Positions 1 through 12,300 of a stretch of 64,000 nt of DNA are shown here, piece by piece (the stretch's first letter is position 1; every line of letters begins with the position of its first letter). The DNA comes from Auanema rhodensis (Eukaryota; Animalia; Nematoda), in NCBI GenBank assembly GCA_964057225.1, contig OZ059894.1, positions 2,790,001 to 2,854,000 of the forward strand, read 5' to 3'. The position numbers and the translations under genes are program-made. The notes under the pieces were generated by a model, which did not search any database, was not told the origin of the DNA, and worked only from the letters and a program-made list of their open reading frames with translations.

Positions 1-125
1 TAAAAATCCGCATCGAATGCACTATACTACATTGAGAAACGCTTAATACAAAAATTAGTTATGATCGTTTGAAAAATGATGCATTAGTGTATGTTGAGTT
101 TCCATGTACAATCAACATTGCTTCC

Positions 126-205
126 AAAAACATTTTGACAAAAATTTTTTCGAAAAATTTCAAAATAATTTAGCAAAAAGTAGATGTTTTTAGATTTCTT
201 TTTTT
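126..205. other. A/T-tract cluster with an imperfect dyad centred on TTTTTCGAAAAA; example from monomer 1
   Basis: 12-bp palindrome at 146-157; ATTTTG (132-137) / CAAAAT (161-166); AAAAACAT (126-133) / ATGTTTTT (184-191). A/T tracts start at about 126, 140, 153, 162, 175, 187 and 199. Confidence 0.7.
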
Positions 206-268
206 AAGGCAAAGACGATGGACATTGTTATTCAACGAAAAAATTAATTCTTCAGGGTGAAAATCGAG

Positions 269-290
269 GATATAAGTGTGAACTTATATC
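269..290. other. Perfect 9-bp stem with 4-nt loop in most monomers; example from monomer 1
   Basis: GATATAAGT-GTGA-ACTTATATC. It is disrupted in monomers carrying the ACATAT variant. Confidence 0.8.
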
Positions 291-303
291 AGTTGATATC
301 TCG

Positions 304-373
304 GTGCATTTTTAAGCTAGCGCAAATCTGATAACACAGATCGATGCAGCTTAAAAATCCGCATCGAATGCAC
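304..373. other. Nested inverted repeat (potential hairpin/cruciform) spanning each monomer junction; example from monomers 1-2
   Basis: ATTTTTAAGCT (308-318) and AGCTTAAAAAT (348-358) form a perfect 11-bp pair. Inner pair: ATCTG (326-330) / CAGAT (337-341). Outer alternative: GTGCATT (304-310) / AATGCAC (367-373). Competing pair: TCGATGC (341-347) / GCATCGA (361-367). Confidence 0.8.
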
Positions 374-441
374 TATACTACATTGAGAAACGCTTAATAC
401 AAAAATTAGTTATGATCGTTTGAAAAATGATGCATTAGTGT

Positions 442-469
442 ATGTTGAGTTTCCATGTACACTCAACAT
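442..469. other. Perfect 9-bp stem with 10-nt loop; example from monomer 2
   Basis: ATGTTGAGT-TTCCATGTAC-ACTCAACAT. It is perfect in ACTC-type monomers (all of subfamily B) and has one mismatch in AATC-type monomers. Confidence 0.8.
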
Positions 470-702
470 TGCTTCCAAAAACATTTAGACAAAAATTTTT
501 TCGAAAAATTTCAAAATAATTTAGCAAAAAGTAGATGTTTTTAGATTTCTTTTTTCAAGGCAAAGACGATGGACATTGTTATTCAACGAAAAAATTAATT
601 CTTCAGGGTGAAAATCGAGGATATAAGTGTGAACTTATATCAGTTGATATCTCGGTGCATTTTTAAGCTAGCGCAAATCTGATAACACAGATCGATGCAG
701 CT

Positions 703-3700
703 TAAAAATCCGCATCGAATGCACTATACTACATTGAGAAACGCTTAATACAAAAATTAGTTATGATCGTTTGAAAAATGATGCATTAGTGTATGTTGAG
801 TTTCCATGTACACTCAACATTGCTTCCAAAAACATTTAGACAAAAATTTTTTCGAAAAATTTCAAAATAATTTAGCAAAAAGTAGATGTTTTTAGATTTC
901 TTTTTTCAAGGCAAAGACGATGGACATTGTTATTCAACGAAAAAATTAATTCTTCAGGGTGAAAATCGAGGATATAAGTGTGAACTTATATCAGTTGATA
1001 TCTCGGTGCATTTTTAAGCTAGCGCAAATCTGATAACACAGATCGATGCAGCTTAAAAATCCGCATCGAATGCACTATACTACATTGAGAAACGCTTAAT
1101 ACAAAAATTAGTTATGATCGTTTGAAAAATGATGCATTAGTGTATGTTGAGTTTCCATGTACAATCAACATTGCTTCCAAAAACATTTTGACAAAAATTT
1201 TTTCGAAAAATTTCAAAATAATTTAGCAAAAAGTAGATGTTTTTAGATTTCTTTTTTTAAGGCAAAGACGATGGACATTGTTATTCAACGAAAAAATTAA
1301 TTCTTCAGGGTGAAAATCGAGGATATAAGTGTGAACTTATATCAGTTGATATCTCGGTGCATTTTTAAGCTAGCGCAAATCTGATAACACAGATCGATGC
1401 AGCTTAAAAATCCGCATCGAATGCACTATACTACATTGAGAAACGCTTAATACAAAAATTAGTTATGATCGTTTGAAAAATGATGCATTAGTGTATGTTG
1501 AGTTTCCATGTACAATCAACATTGCTTCCAAAAACATTTTGACAAAAATTTTTTCGAAAAATTTCAAAATAATTTAGCAAAAAGTAGATGTTTTTAGATT
1601 TCTTTTTTCAAGGCAAAGACGATGGACATTGTTATTCAACGAAAAAATTAATTCTTCAGGGTGAAAATCGAGGATATAAGTGTGAACTTATATCAGTTGA
1701 TATCTCGGTGCATTTTTAAGCTAGCGCAAATCTGATAACACAGATCGATGCAGCTTAAAAATCCGCATCGAATGCACTATACTACATTGAGAAACGCTTA
1801 ATACAAAAATTAGTTATGATCGTTTGAAAAATGATGCATTAGTGTATGTTGAGTTTCCATGTACACTCAACATTGCTTCCAAAAACATTTAGACAAAAAT
1901 TTTTTCGAAAAATTTCAAAATAATTTAGCAAAAAGTAGATGTTTTTAGATTTCTTTTTTCAAGGCAAAGACGATGGACATTGTTATTCAACGAAAAAATT
2001 AATTCTTCAGGGTGAAAATCGAGGATATAAGTGTGAACTTATATCAGTTGATATCTCGGTGCATTTTTAAGCTAGCGCAAATCTGATAACACAGATCGAT
2101 GCAGCTTAAAAATCCGCATCGAATGCACTATACTACATTGAGAAACGCTTAATACAAAAATTAGTTATGATCGTTTGAAAAATGATGCATTAGTGTATGT
2201 TGAGTTTCCATGTACAATCAACATTGCTTCCAAAAACATTTTGACAAAAATTTTTTCGAAAAATTTCAAAATAATTTAGCAAAAAGTAGATGTTTTTAGA
2301 TTTCTTTTTTCAAGGCAAAGACGATGGACATTGTTATTCAACGAAAAAATTAATTCTTCAGGGTGAAAATCGAGGATATAAGTGTGAACTTATATCAGTT
2401 GATATCTCGGTGCATTTTTAAGCTAGCGCAAATCTGATAACACAGATCGATGCAGCTTAGAAATCCGCATCGAATGCACTATACTACATTGAGAAACGCT
2501 TAATACAAAAAATAGTTATGATCGTTTGAAAAATGATGCATTAGTGTATGTTGAGTTTCCATGTACACTCAACATTGCTTCCAAAAACATTTAGACAAAA
2601 ATTTTTTCGAAAAATTTCGAAATAATTTAGCAAAAAGTAGATGTTTTTAGATTCCTTTTTTCAAGGCGAAGACGATGGACATTGTTATTCAACGAAAAAA
2701 TTAATTCTTCAGGGTGAAAATAGAGGATATAAGTGTGAACATATATCAGTTGATATCTCGGTGCATTTTTAAGCTAGCGCAAATCTGATAACACAGATCG
2801 ACGCAGCTTAAAAATCCGCATCGAATGCACTATACTACATTGAGAAACGCTTAATACAAAAATTAGTTATGATCGTTTGAAAAATGATGCATTAGTGTAT
2901 GTTGAGTTTCCATGTACACTCAACATTGCTTCCAAAAACATTTAGACAAAAATTTTTTCGAAAAATTTCAAAATAATTTAGCAAAAAGTAGATGTTTTTA
3001 GATTTCTTTTTTCAAGGCAAAGACGATGGACATTGTTATTCAACGAAAAAATTAATTCTTCAGGGTGAAAATCGAGGATATAAGTGTGAACTTATATCAG
3101 TTGATATCTCGGTGCATTTTTAAGCTAGCGCAAATCTGATAACACAGATCGATGCAGCTTAAAAATCCGCATCGAATGCACTATACTACATTGAGAAACG
3201 CTTAATACAAAAATTAGTTATGATCGTTTGAAAAATGATGCATTAGTGTATGTTGAGTTTCCATGTACAATCAACATTGCTTCCAAAAACATTTTGACAA
3301 AAATTTTTTCGAAAAATTTCAAAATAATTTAGCAAAAAGTAGATGTTTTTAGATTTCTTTTTTTAAGGCAAAGACGATGGACATTGTTATTCAACGAAAA
3401 AATTAATTCTTCAGGGTGAAAATCGAGGATATAAGTGTGAACTTATATCAGTTGATATCTCGGTGCATTTTTAAGCTAGCGCAAATCTGATAACACAGAT
3501 CGATGCAGCTTAAAAATCCGCATCGAATGCACTATACTACATTGAGAAACGCTTAATACAAAAATTAGTTATGATCGTTTGAAAAATGATGCATTAGTGT
3601 ATGTTGAGTTTCCATGTACAATCAACATTGCTTCCAAAAACATTTTGACAAAAATTTTTTCGAAAAATTTCAAAATAATTTAGCAAAAAGTAGATGTTTT

Positions 3701-4914
3701 TAGATTTCTTTTTTCAAGGCAAAGACGATGGACATTGTTATTCAACGAAAAAATTAATTCTTCAGGGTGAAAATCGAGGATATAAGTGTGAACTTATATC
3801 AGTTGATATCTCGGTGCATTTTTAAGCTAGCGCAAATCTGATAACACAGATCGATGCAGCTTAAAAATCCGCATCGAATGCACTATACTACATTGAGAAA
3901 CGCTTAATACAAAAATTAGTTATGATCGTTTGAAAAATGATGCATTAGTGTATGTTGAGTTTCCATGTACACTCAACATTGCTTCCAAAAACATTTAGAC
4001 AAAAATTTTTTCGAAAAATTTCAAAATAATTTAGCAAAAAGTAGATGTTTTTAGATTTCTTTTTTCAAGGCAAAGACGATGGACATTGTTATTCAACGAA
4101 AAAATTAATTCTTCAGGGTGAAAATCGAGGATATAAGTGTGAACTTATATCAGTTGATATCTCGGTGCATTTTTAAGCTAGCGCAAATCTGATAACACAG
4201 ATCGATGCAGCTTAAAAATCCGCATCGAATGCACTATACTACATTGAGAAACGCTTAATACAAAAATTAGTTATGATCGTTTGAAAAATGATGCATTAGT
4301 GTATGTTGAGTTTCCATGTACAATCAACATTGCTTCCAAAAACATTTTGACAAAAATTTTTTCGAAAAATTTCAAAATAATTTAGCAAAAAGTAGATGTT
4401 TTTAGATTTCTTTTTTCAAGGCAAAGACGATGGACATTGTTATTCAACGAAAAAATTAATTCTTCAGGGTGAAAATCGAGGATATAAGTGTGAACTTATA
4501 TCAGTTGATATCTCGGTGCATTTTTAAGCTAGCGCAAATCTGATAACACAGATCGATGCAGCTTAGAAATCCGCATCGAATGCACTATACTACATTGAGA
4601 AACGCTTAATACAAAAAATAGTTATGATCGTTTGAAAAATGATGCATTAGTGTATGTTGAGTTTCCATGTACACTCAACATTGCTTCCAAAAACATTTAG
4701 ACAAAAATTTTTTCGAAAAATTTCGAAATAATTTAGCAAAAAGTAGATGTTTTTAGATTCCTTTTTTCAAGGCGAAGACGATGGACATTGTTATTCAACG
4801 AAAAAATTAATTCTTCAGGGTGAAAATAGAGGATATAAGTGTGAACATATATCAGTTGATATCTCGGTGCATTTTTAAGCTAGCGCAAATCTGATAACAC
4901 AGATCGACGCAGCT
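703..4914 (+). repeat. Tandem duplication of a 6-monomer block (2106 bp)
   Basis: Monomers 3-8 and 9-14 have the same haplotype order. The private variants TAGAAATCC and AAAAATAG occur at about 2460/2512 and 4566/4618. TTTTTTTAAGG occurs at about 1258 and 3364. Confidence 0.9.
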
Positions 4915-6318
4915 TAAAAATCTGCATCGAATGCACTATACTACATGGAGAAACGCTTAATACAAAAATTAGTTATGATCGTTTGAAAAATGATGCATTA
5001 GTGTATGTTGAGTTTCCATGTACACTCAACATTGCTTCCAAAAACATTTTGACAAAAATTTTTTCGAAAAATTTCGAAATAATTTAGCAAAAAGTAGATG
5101 TTTTTAGATTCCTTTTTTCAAGGCGAAGACGATGGACATTGTTATTCAACGAAAAAATTAATTCTTCAGGGTGAAAATCGAGGATATAAGTGTGAACTTA
5201 TATCAGTTGATATCTCGGTGCATTTTTAAGCTAGCGCAAATCTGATAACACAGATCGATGCAGCTTAAAAATCCGCATCGAATGCACTATACTACATTGA
5301 GAAACGCTTAATACAAAAATTAGTTATGATTGTTTGAAAAATGATGCATTAGTGTATGTTGAGTTTCCATGTACAATCAACATTGCTTCCAAAAACATTT
5401 TGACAAAAATTTTTTCGAAAAATTTCAAAATAATTTAGCAAAAAGTAGATGTTTTTAGATTTCTTTTTTCAAGGCAAAGACGATGGACATTGTTATTCAA
5501 CGAAAAAATTAATTCTTCAGGGTGAAAATCGAGGATATAAGTGTGAACTTATATCAGTTGATATCTCGGTGCATTTTTAAGCTAGCGCAAATCTGATAAC
5601 ACAGATCGATGCAGCTTAAAAATCCGCATCGAATGCACTATACTACATTGAGAAACGCTTAATACAAAAATTAGTTATGATCGTTTGAAAAATGATGCAT
5701 TAGTGTATGTTGAGTTTCCATGTACACTCAACATTGCTTCCAAAAACATTTAGACAAAAATTTTTTCGAAAAATTTCAAAATAATTTAGCAAAAAGTAGA
5801 TGTTTTTAGATTCCTTTTTTCAAGGCAAAGACGATGGACATTGTTATTCAACGAAAAAATTAATTCTTCAGGGTGAAAATCGAGGATATAAGTGTGAACT
5901 TATATCAGTTGATATCTCGGTGCATTTTTAAGCTAGCGCAAATCTGATAACACAGATCGATGCAGCTTAAAAATCCGCATCGAATGCACTATACTACATT
6001 GAGAAACGCTTAATACAAAAATTAGTTATGATCGTTTGAAAAATGATGCATTAGTGTATGTTGAGTTTCCATGTACAATCAACATTGCTTCCAAAAACAT
6101 TTTGACAAAAATTTTTTCGAAAAATTTCAAAATAATTTAGCAAAAAGTAGATGTTTTTAGATTTCTTTTTTCAAGGCAAAGACGATGGACATTGTTATTC
6201 AACGAAAAAATTAATTCTTCAGGGTGAAAATCGAGGATATAAGTGTGAACTTATATCAGTTGATATCTCGGTGCATTTTTAAGCTAGCGCAAATCTGATA
6301 ACACAGATCGATGCAGCT

Positions 6319-9300
6319 TAAAAATCCGCATCGAATGCACTATACTACATTGAGAAACGCTTAATACAAAAATTAGTTATGATCGTTTGAAAAATGATGC
6401 ATTAGTGTATGTTGAGTTTCCATGTACACTCAACATTGCTTCCAAAAACATTTAGACAAAAATTTTTTCGAAAAATTTCAAAATAATTTAGCAAAAAGTA
6501 GATGTTTTTAGATTCCTTCTTTCAAGGCAAAGACGATGGACATTGTTATTCAACGAAAAAATTAATTCTTCAGGGTGAAAATCGAGGATATAAGTGTGAA
6601 CTTATATCAGTTGATATCTCGGTGCATTTTTAAGCTAGCGCAAATCTGATAACACAGATCGATGCAGCTTAAAAATCCGCATCGAATGCACTATACTACA
6701 TTGAGAAACGCTTAATACAAAAATTAGTTATGATCGTTTGAAAAATGATGCATTAGTGTATATTGAGTTTCCATGTACAATCAACATTGCTTCCAAAAAC
6801 ATTTTGACAAAAATTTTTTCGAAAAATTTCAAAATAATTTAGCAAAAAGTAGATGTTTTTAGATTTCTTTTTTCAAGGCAAAGACGATGGACATTGTTAT
6901 TCAACGAAAAAATTAATTCTTCAGGGTGAAAATCGAGGATATAAGTGTGAACTTATATCAGTTGATATCTCGGTGCATTTTTAAGCTAGCGCAAATCTGA
7001 TAACACAGATCGATGCAGCTTAAAAATCCGCATCGAATGCACTATACTACATTGAGAAACGCTTAATACAAAAATTAGTTATGATCGTTTGAAAAATGAT
7101 GCATTAGTGTATATTGAGTTTCCATGTACAATCAACATTGCTTCCAAAAACATTTTGACAAAAATTTTTTCGAAAAATTTCAAAATAATTTAGCAAAAAG
7201 TAGATGTTTTTAGATTTCTTTTTTCAAGGTTAAGACGATGGACATTGTTATTCAACGAAAAAATTAATTCTTCAGGGTGAAAATCGAGGATATAAGTGTG
7301 AACTTATATCAGTTGATATCTCGGTGCATTTTTAAGCTAGCGCAAATCTGATAACACAGATCGACGCAGCTTAAAAATCTGCATCGAATGCACTATACTA
7401 CATTGAGAAACGCTTAATACAAAAATTAGTTATGATCGTTTGAAAAATGATGCATTAGTGTATGTTGAGTTTCCATGTACACTCAACATTGCTTCCAAAA
7501 ACATTTTGACAAAAATTTTTTCGAAAAATTTCAAAATAATTTAGCAAAAAGTAGATGTTTTTAGATTTCTTTTTTCAAGGCAAAGACGATGGACATTGTT
7601 ATTCAACGAAAAAATTAATTCTTCAGGGTGAAAATCGAGGATATAAGTGTGAACTTATATCAGTTGATATCTCGGTGCATTTTTAAGCTAGCGCAAATCT
7701 GATAACACAGATCGATGCAGCTTAAAAATCCGCATCGAATGCACTATACTACATTGAGAAACGCTCAATACAAAAATTAGTTATGATCGTTTGAAAAATG
7801 ATGCATTAGTGTATGTTGAGTTTCCATGTACAATCAACATTGCTTCCAAAAACATTTTGACAAAAATTTTTTCGAAAAACTTCAAAATAATTTAGCAAAA
7901 AGTAGATGTTTTTAGATTTCTTTTTTCAAGGCAAAGACGATGGACATTGTTATTCAACGAAAAAATTAATTCTTCAGGGTGAAAATCGAGGATATAAGTG
8001 TGAACTTATATCAGTTGATATCTCGGTGCATTTTTAAGCTAGCGCAAATCTGATAACACAGATCGATGCAGCTTAAAAATCCGCATCGAATGCACTATAC
8101 TACATTGAGAAACGCTTAATACAAAAATTAGTTATGATCGTTTGAAAAATGATGCATTAGTGTATGTTGAGTTTCCATGTACACTCAACATTGCTTCCAA
8201 AAACATTTAGACAAAAATTTTTTCGAAAAATTTCGAAATAATTTAGCAAAAAGTAGATGTTTTTAGATTCCTTTTTTCAAGGCGAAGACGATGGACATTG
8301 TTATTCAACGAAAAAATTAATTCTTCAGGGTGAAAATAGAGGATATAAGTGTGAACATATATCAGTTGATATCTCGGTGCATTTTTAAGCTAGCGCAAAT
8401 CTGATAACACAGATCGACGCAGCTTAAAAATCTGCATCGAATGCACTATACTACATGGAGAATCGCTTAATACAAAAATTAGTTATGATCGTTTGAAAAA
8501 TGATGCATTAGTGTATGTTGAGTTTCCATGTACACTCAACATTGCTTCCAAAAACATTTTGACAAAAATTTTTTCGAAAAATTTCGAAATAATTTAGCAA
8601 AAAGTAGATGTTTTTAGATTCCTTTTTTCAAGGCGAAGACGATGGACATTGTTATTCAACGAAAAAATTAATTCTTCAGGGTGAAAATCGAGGATATAAG
8701 TGTGAACTTATATCAGTTGATATCTCGGTGCATTTTTAAGCTAGCGCAAATCTGATAACACAGATCGATGCAGCTTAAAAATCCGCATCGAATGCACTAT
8801 ACTACATTGAGAAACGCTTAATACAAAAATTAGTTATGATCGTTTGAAAAATGATGCATTAGTGTATGTTGAGTTTCCATGTACACTCAACATTGCTTCC
8901 AAAAACATTTAGACAAAAATTTTTTCGAAAAATTTCAAAATAATTTAGCAAAAAGTAGATGTTTTTAGATTCCTTTTTTCAAGGCAAAGACGATGGACAT
9001 TGTTATTCAACGAAAAAATTAATTCTTCAGGGTGAAAATCGAGGATATAAGTGTGAACTTATATCAGTTGATATCTCGGTGCATTTTTAAGCTAGCGCAA
9101 ATCTGATAACACAGATCGATGCAGCTTAAAAATCCGCATCGAATGCACTATACTACATTGAGAAACGCTTAATACAAAAATTAGTTATGATCGTTTGAAA
9201 AATGATGCATTAGTGTATATTGAGTTTCCATGTACAATCAACATTGCTTCCAAAAACATTTTGACAAAAATTTTTTCGAAAAATTTCAAAATAATTTAGC

Positions 9301-12300
9301 AAAAAGTAGATGTTTTTAGATTTCTTTTTTCAAGGCAAAGACGATGGACATTGTTATTCAACGAAAAAATTAATTCTTCAGGGTGAAAATAGAGGATATA
9401 AGTGTGAACATATATCAGTTGATATCTCGGTGCATTTTTAAGCTAGCGCAAATCTGATAACACAGATCGACGCAGCTTAAAAATCTGCATCGAATGCACT
9501 ATACTACATGGAGAAACGCTTAATACAAAAATTAGTTATGATCGTTTGAAAAATGATGCATTAGTGTATGTTGAGTTTCCATGTACACTCAACATTGCTT
9601 CCAAAAACATTTTGACAAAAATTTTTTCGAAAAATTTCGAAATAATTTAGCAAAAAGTAGATGTTTTTAGATTCCTTTTTTCAAGGCGAAGACGATGGAC
9701 ATTGTTATTCAACGAAAAAATTAATTCTTCAGGGTGAAAATCGAGGATATAAGTGTGAACTTATATCAGTTGATATCTCGGTGCATTTTTAAGCTAGCGC
9801 AAATCTGATAACACAGATCGATGCAGCTTAAAAATCCGCATCGAATGCACTATACTACATTGAGAAACGCTTAATACAAAAATTAGTTATGATCGTTTGA
9901 AAAATGATGCATTAGTGTATGTTGAGTTTCCATGTACACTCAACATTGCTTCCAAAAACATTTAGACAAAAATTTTTTCGAAAAATTTCAAAATAATTTA
10001 GCAAAAAGTAGATGTTTTTAGATTCCTTTTTTCAAGGCAAAGACGATGGACATTGTTATTCAACGAAAAAATTAATTCTTCAGGGTGAAAATCGAGGATA
10101 TAAGTGTGAACTTATATCAGTTGATATCTCGGTGCATTTTTAAGCTAGCGCAAATCTGATAACACAGATCGATGCAGCTTAAAAATCCGCATCGAATGCA
10201 CTATACTACATTGAGAAACGCTTAATACAAAAATTAGTTATGATCGTTTGAAAAATGATGCATTAGTGTATATTGAGTTTCCATGTACAATCAACATTGC
10301 TTCCAAAAACATTTTGACAAAAATTTTTTCGAAAAATTTCAAAATAATTTAGCAAAAAGTAGATGTTTTTAGATTTCTTTTTTCAAGGCAAAGACGATGG
10401 ACATTGTTATTCAACGAAAAAATTAATTCTTCAGGGTGAAAATCGAGGATATAAGTGTGAACTTATATCAGTTGATATCTCGGTGCATTTTTAAGCTAGC
10501 GCAAATCTGATAACACAGATCGACGCAGCTTAAAAATCTGCATCGAATGCACTATACTACATTGAGAAACGCTTAATACAAAAATTAGTTATGATCGTTT
10601 GAAAAATGATGCATTAGTGTATGTTGAGTTTCCATGTACACTCAACATTGCTTCCAAAAACATTTTGACAAAAATTTTTTCGAAAAATTTCAAAATAATT
10701 TAGCAAAAAGTAGATGTTTTTAGATTTCTTTTTTCAAGGCAAAGACGATGGACATTGTTATTCAACGAAAAAATTAATTCTTCAGGGTGAAAATCGAGGA
10801 TATAAGTGTGAACTTATATCAGTTGATATCTCGGTGCATTTTTAAGCTAGCGCAAATCTGATAACACAGATCGATGCAGCTTAAAAATCCGCATCGAATG
10901 CACTATACTACATTGAGAAACGCTCAATACAAAAATTAGTTATGATCGTTTGAAAAATGATGCATTAGTGTATGTTGAGTTTCCATGTACAATCAACATT
11001 GCTTCCAAAAACATTTTGACAAAAATTTTTTCGAAAAATTTCAAAATAATTTAGCAAAAAGTAGATGTTTTTAGATTTCTTTTTTCAAGGCAAAGACGAT
11101 GGACATTGTTATTCAACGAAAAAATTAATTCTTCAGGGTGAAAATCGAGGATATAAGTGTGAACTTATATCAGTTGATATCTCGGTGCATTTTTAAGCTA
11201 GCGCAAATCTGATAACACAGATCGATGCAGCTTAAAAATCCGCATCGAATGCACTATACTACATTGAGAAACGCTTAATACAAAAATTAGTTATGATCGT
11301 TTGAAAAATGATGCATTAGTGTATGTTGAGTTTCCATGTACACTCAACATTGCTTCCAAAAACATTTAGACAAAAATTTTTTCGAAAAATTTCGAAATAA
11401 TTTAGCAAAAAGTAGATATTTTTAGATTCCTTTTTTCAAGGCGAAGACGATGGACATTGTTATTCAACGAAAAAATTAATTCTTCAGGGTGAAAATCGAG
11501 GATATAAGTGTGAACTTATATCAGTTGATATCTCGGTGCATTTTTAAGCTAGCGCAAATCTGATAACACAGATCGATGCAGCTTAAAAATCCGCATCGAA
11601 TGCACTATACTACATTGAGAAACGCTCAATACAAAAATTAGTTATGATCGTTTGAAAAATGATGCATTAGTGTATGTTGAGTTTCCATGTACAATCAACA
11701 TTGCTTCCAAAAACATTTTGACAAAAATTTTTTCGAAAAATTTCAAAATAATTTAGCAAAAAGTAGATGTTTTTAGATTTCTTTTTTCAAGGCAAAGACG
11801 ATGGACATTGTTATTCAACGAAAAAATTAATTCTTCAGGGTGAAAATCGAGGATATAAGTGTGAACTTATATCAGTTGATATCTCGGTGCATTTTTAAGC
11901 TAGCGCAAATCTGATAACACAGATCGATGCAGCTTAAAAATCCGCATCGAATGCACTATACTACATTGAGAAACGCTTAATACAAAAATTAGTTATGATC
12001 GTTTGAAAAATGATGCATTAGTGTATGTTGAGTTTCCATGTACACTCAACATTGCTTCCAAAAACATTTAGACAAAAATTTTTTCGAAAAATTTCGAAAT
12101 AATTTAGCAAAAAGTAGATGTTTTTAGATTCCTTTTTTCAAGGCGAAGACGATGGACATTGTTATTCAACGAAAAAATTAATTCTTCAGGGTGAAAATAG
12201 AGGATATAAGTGTGAACATATATCAGTTGATATCTCGGTGCATTTTTAAGCTAGCGCAAATCTGATAACACAGATCGACGCAGCTTAAAAATCTGCATCG

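Noticed and set aside
269-318. Rho-independent terminator
   Set aside because: The stem is AT-rich, there is no upstream gene, and the context is satellite DNA.
1-351. 5S rRNA, tRNA, snRNA or spliced-leader tandem gene unit
   Set aside because: I recognised no such RNA sequence or Pol III box motifs by eye. An Rfam/Infernal search would be needed to exclude this formally.
1-351. Monomer as a dimer of two ~175-bp subunits
   Set aside because: No visible similarity between the two halves.
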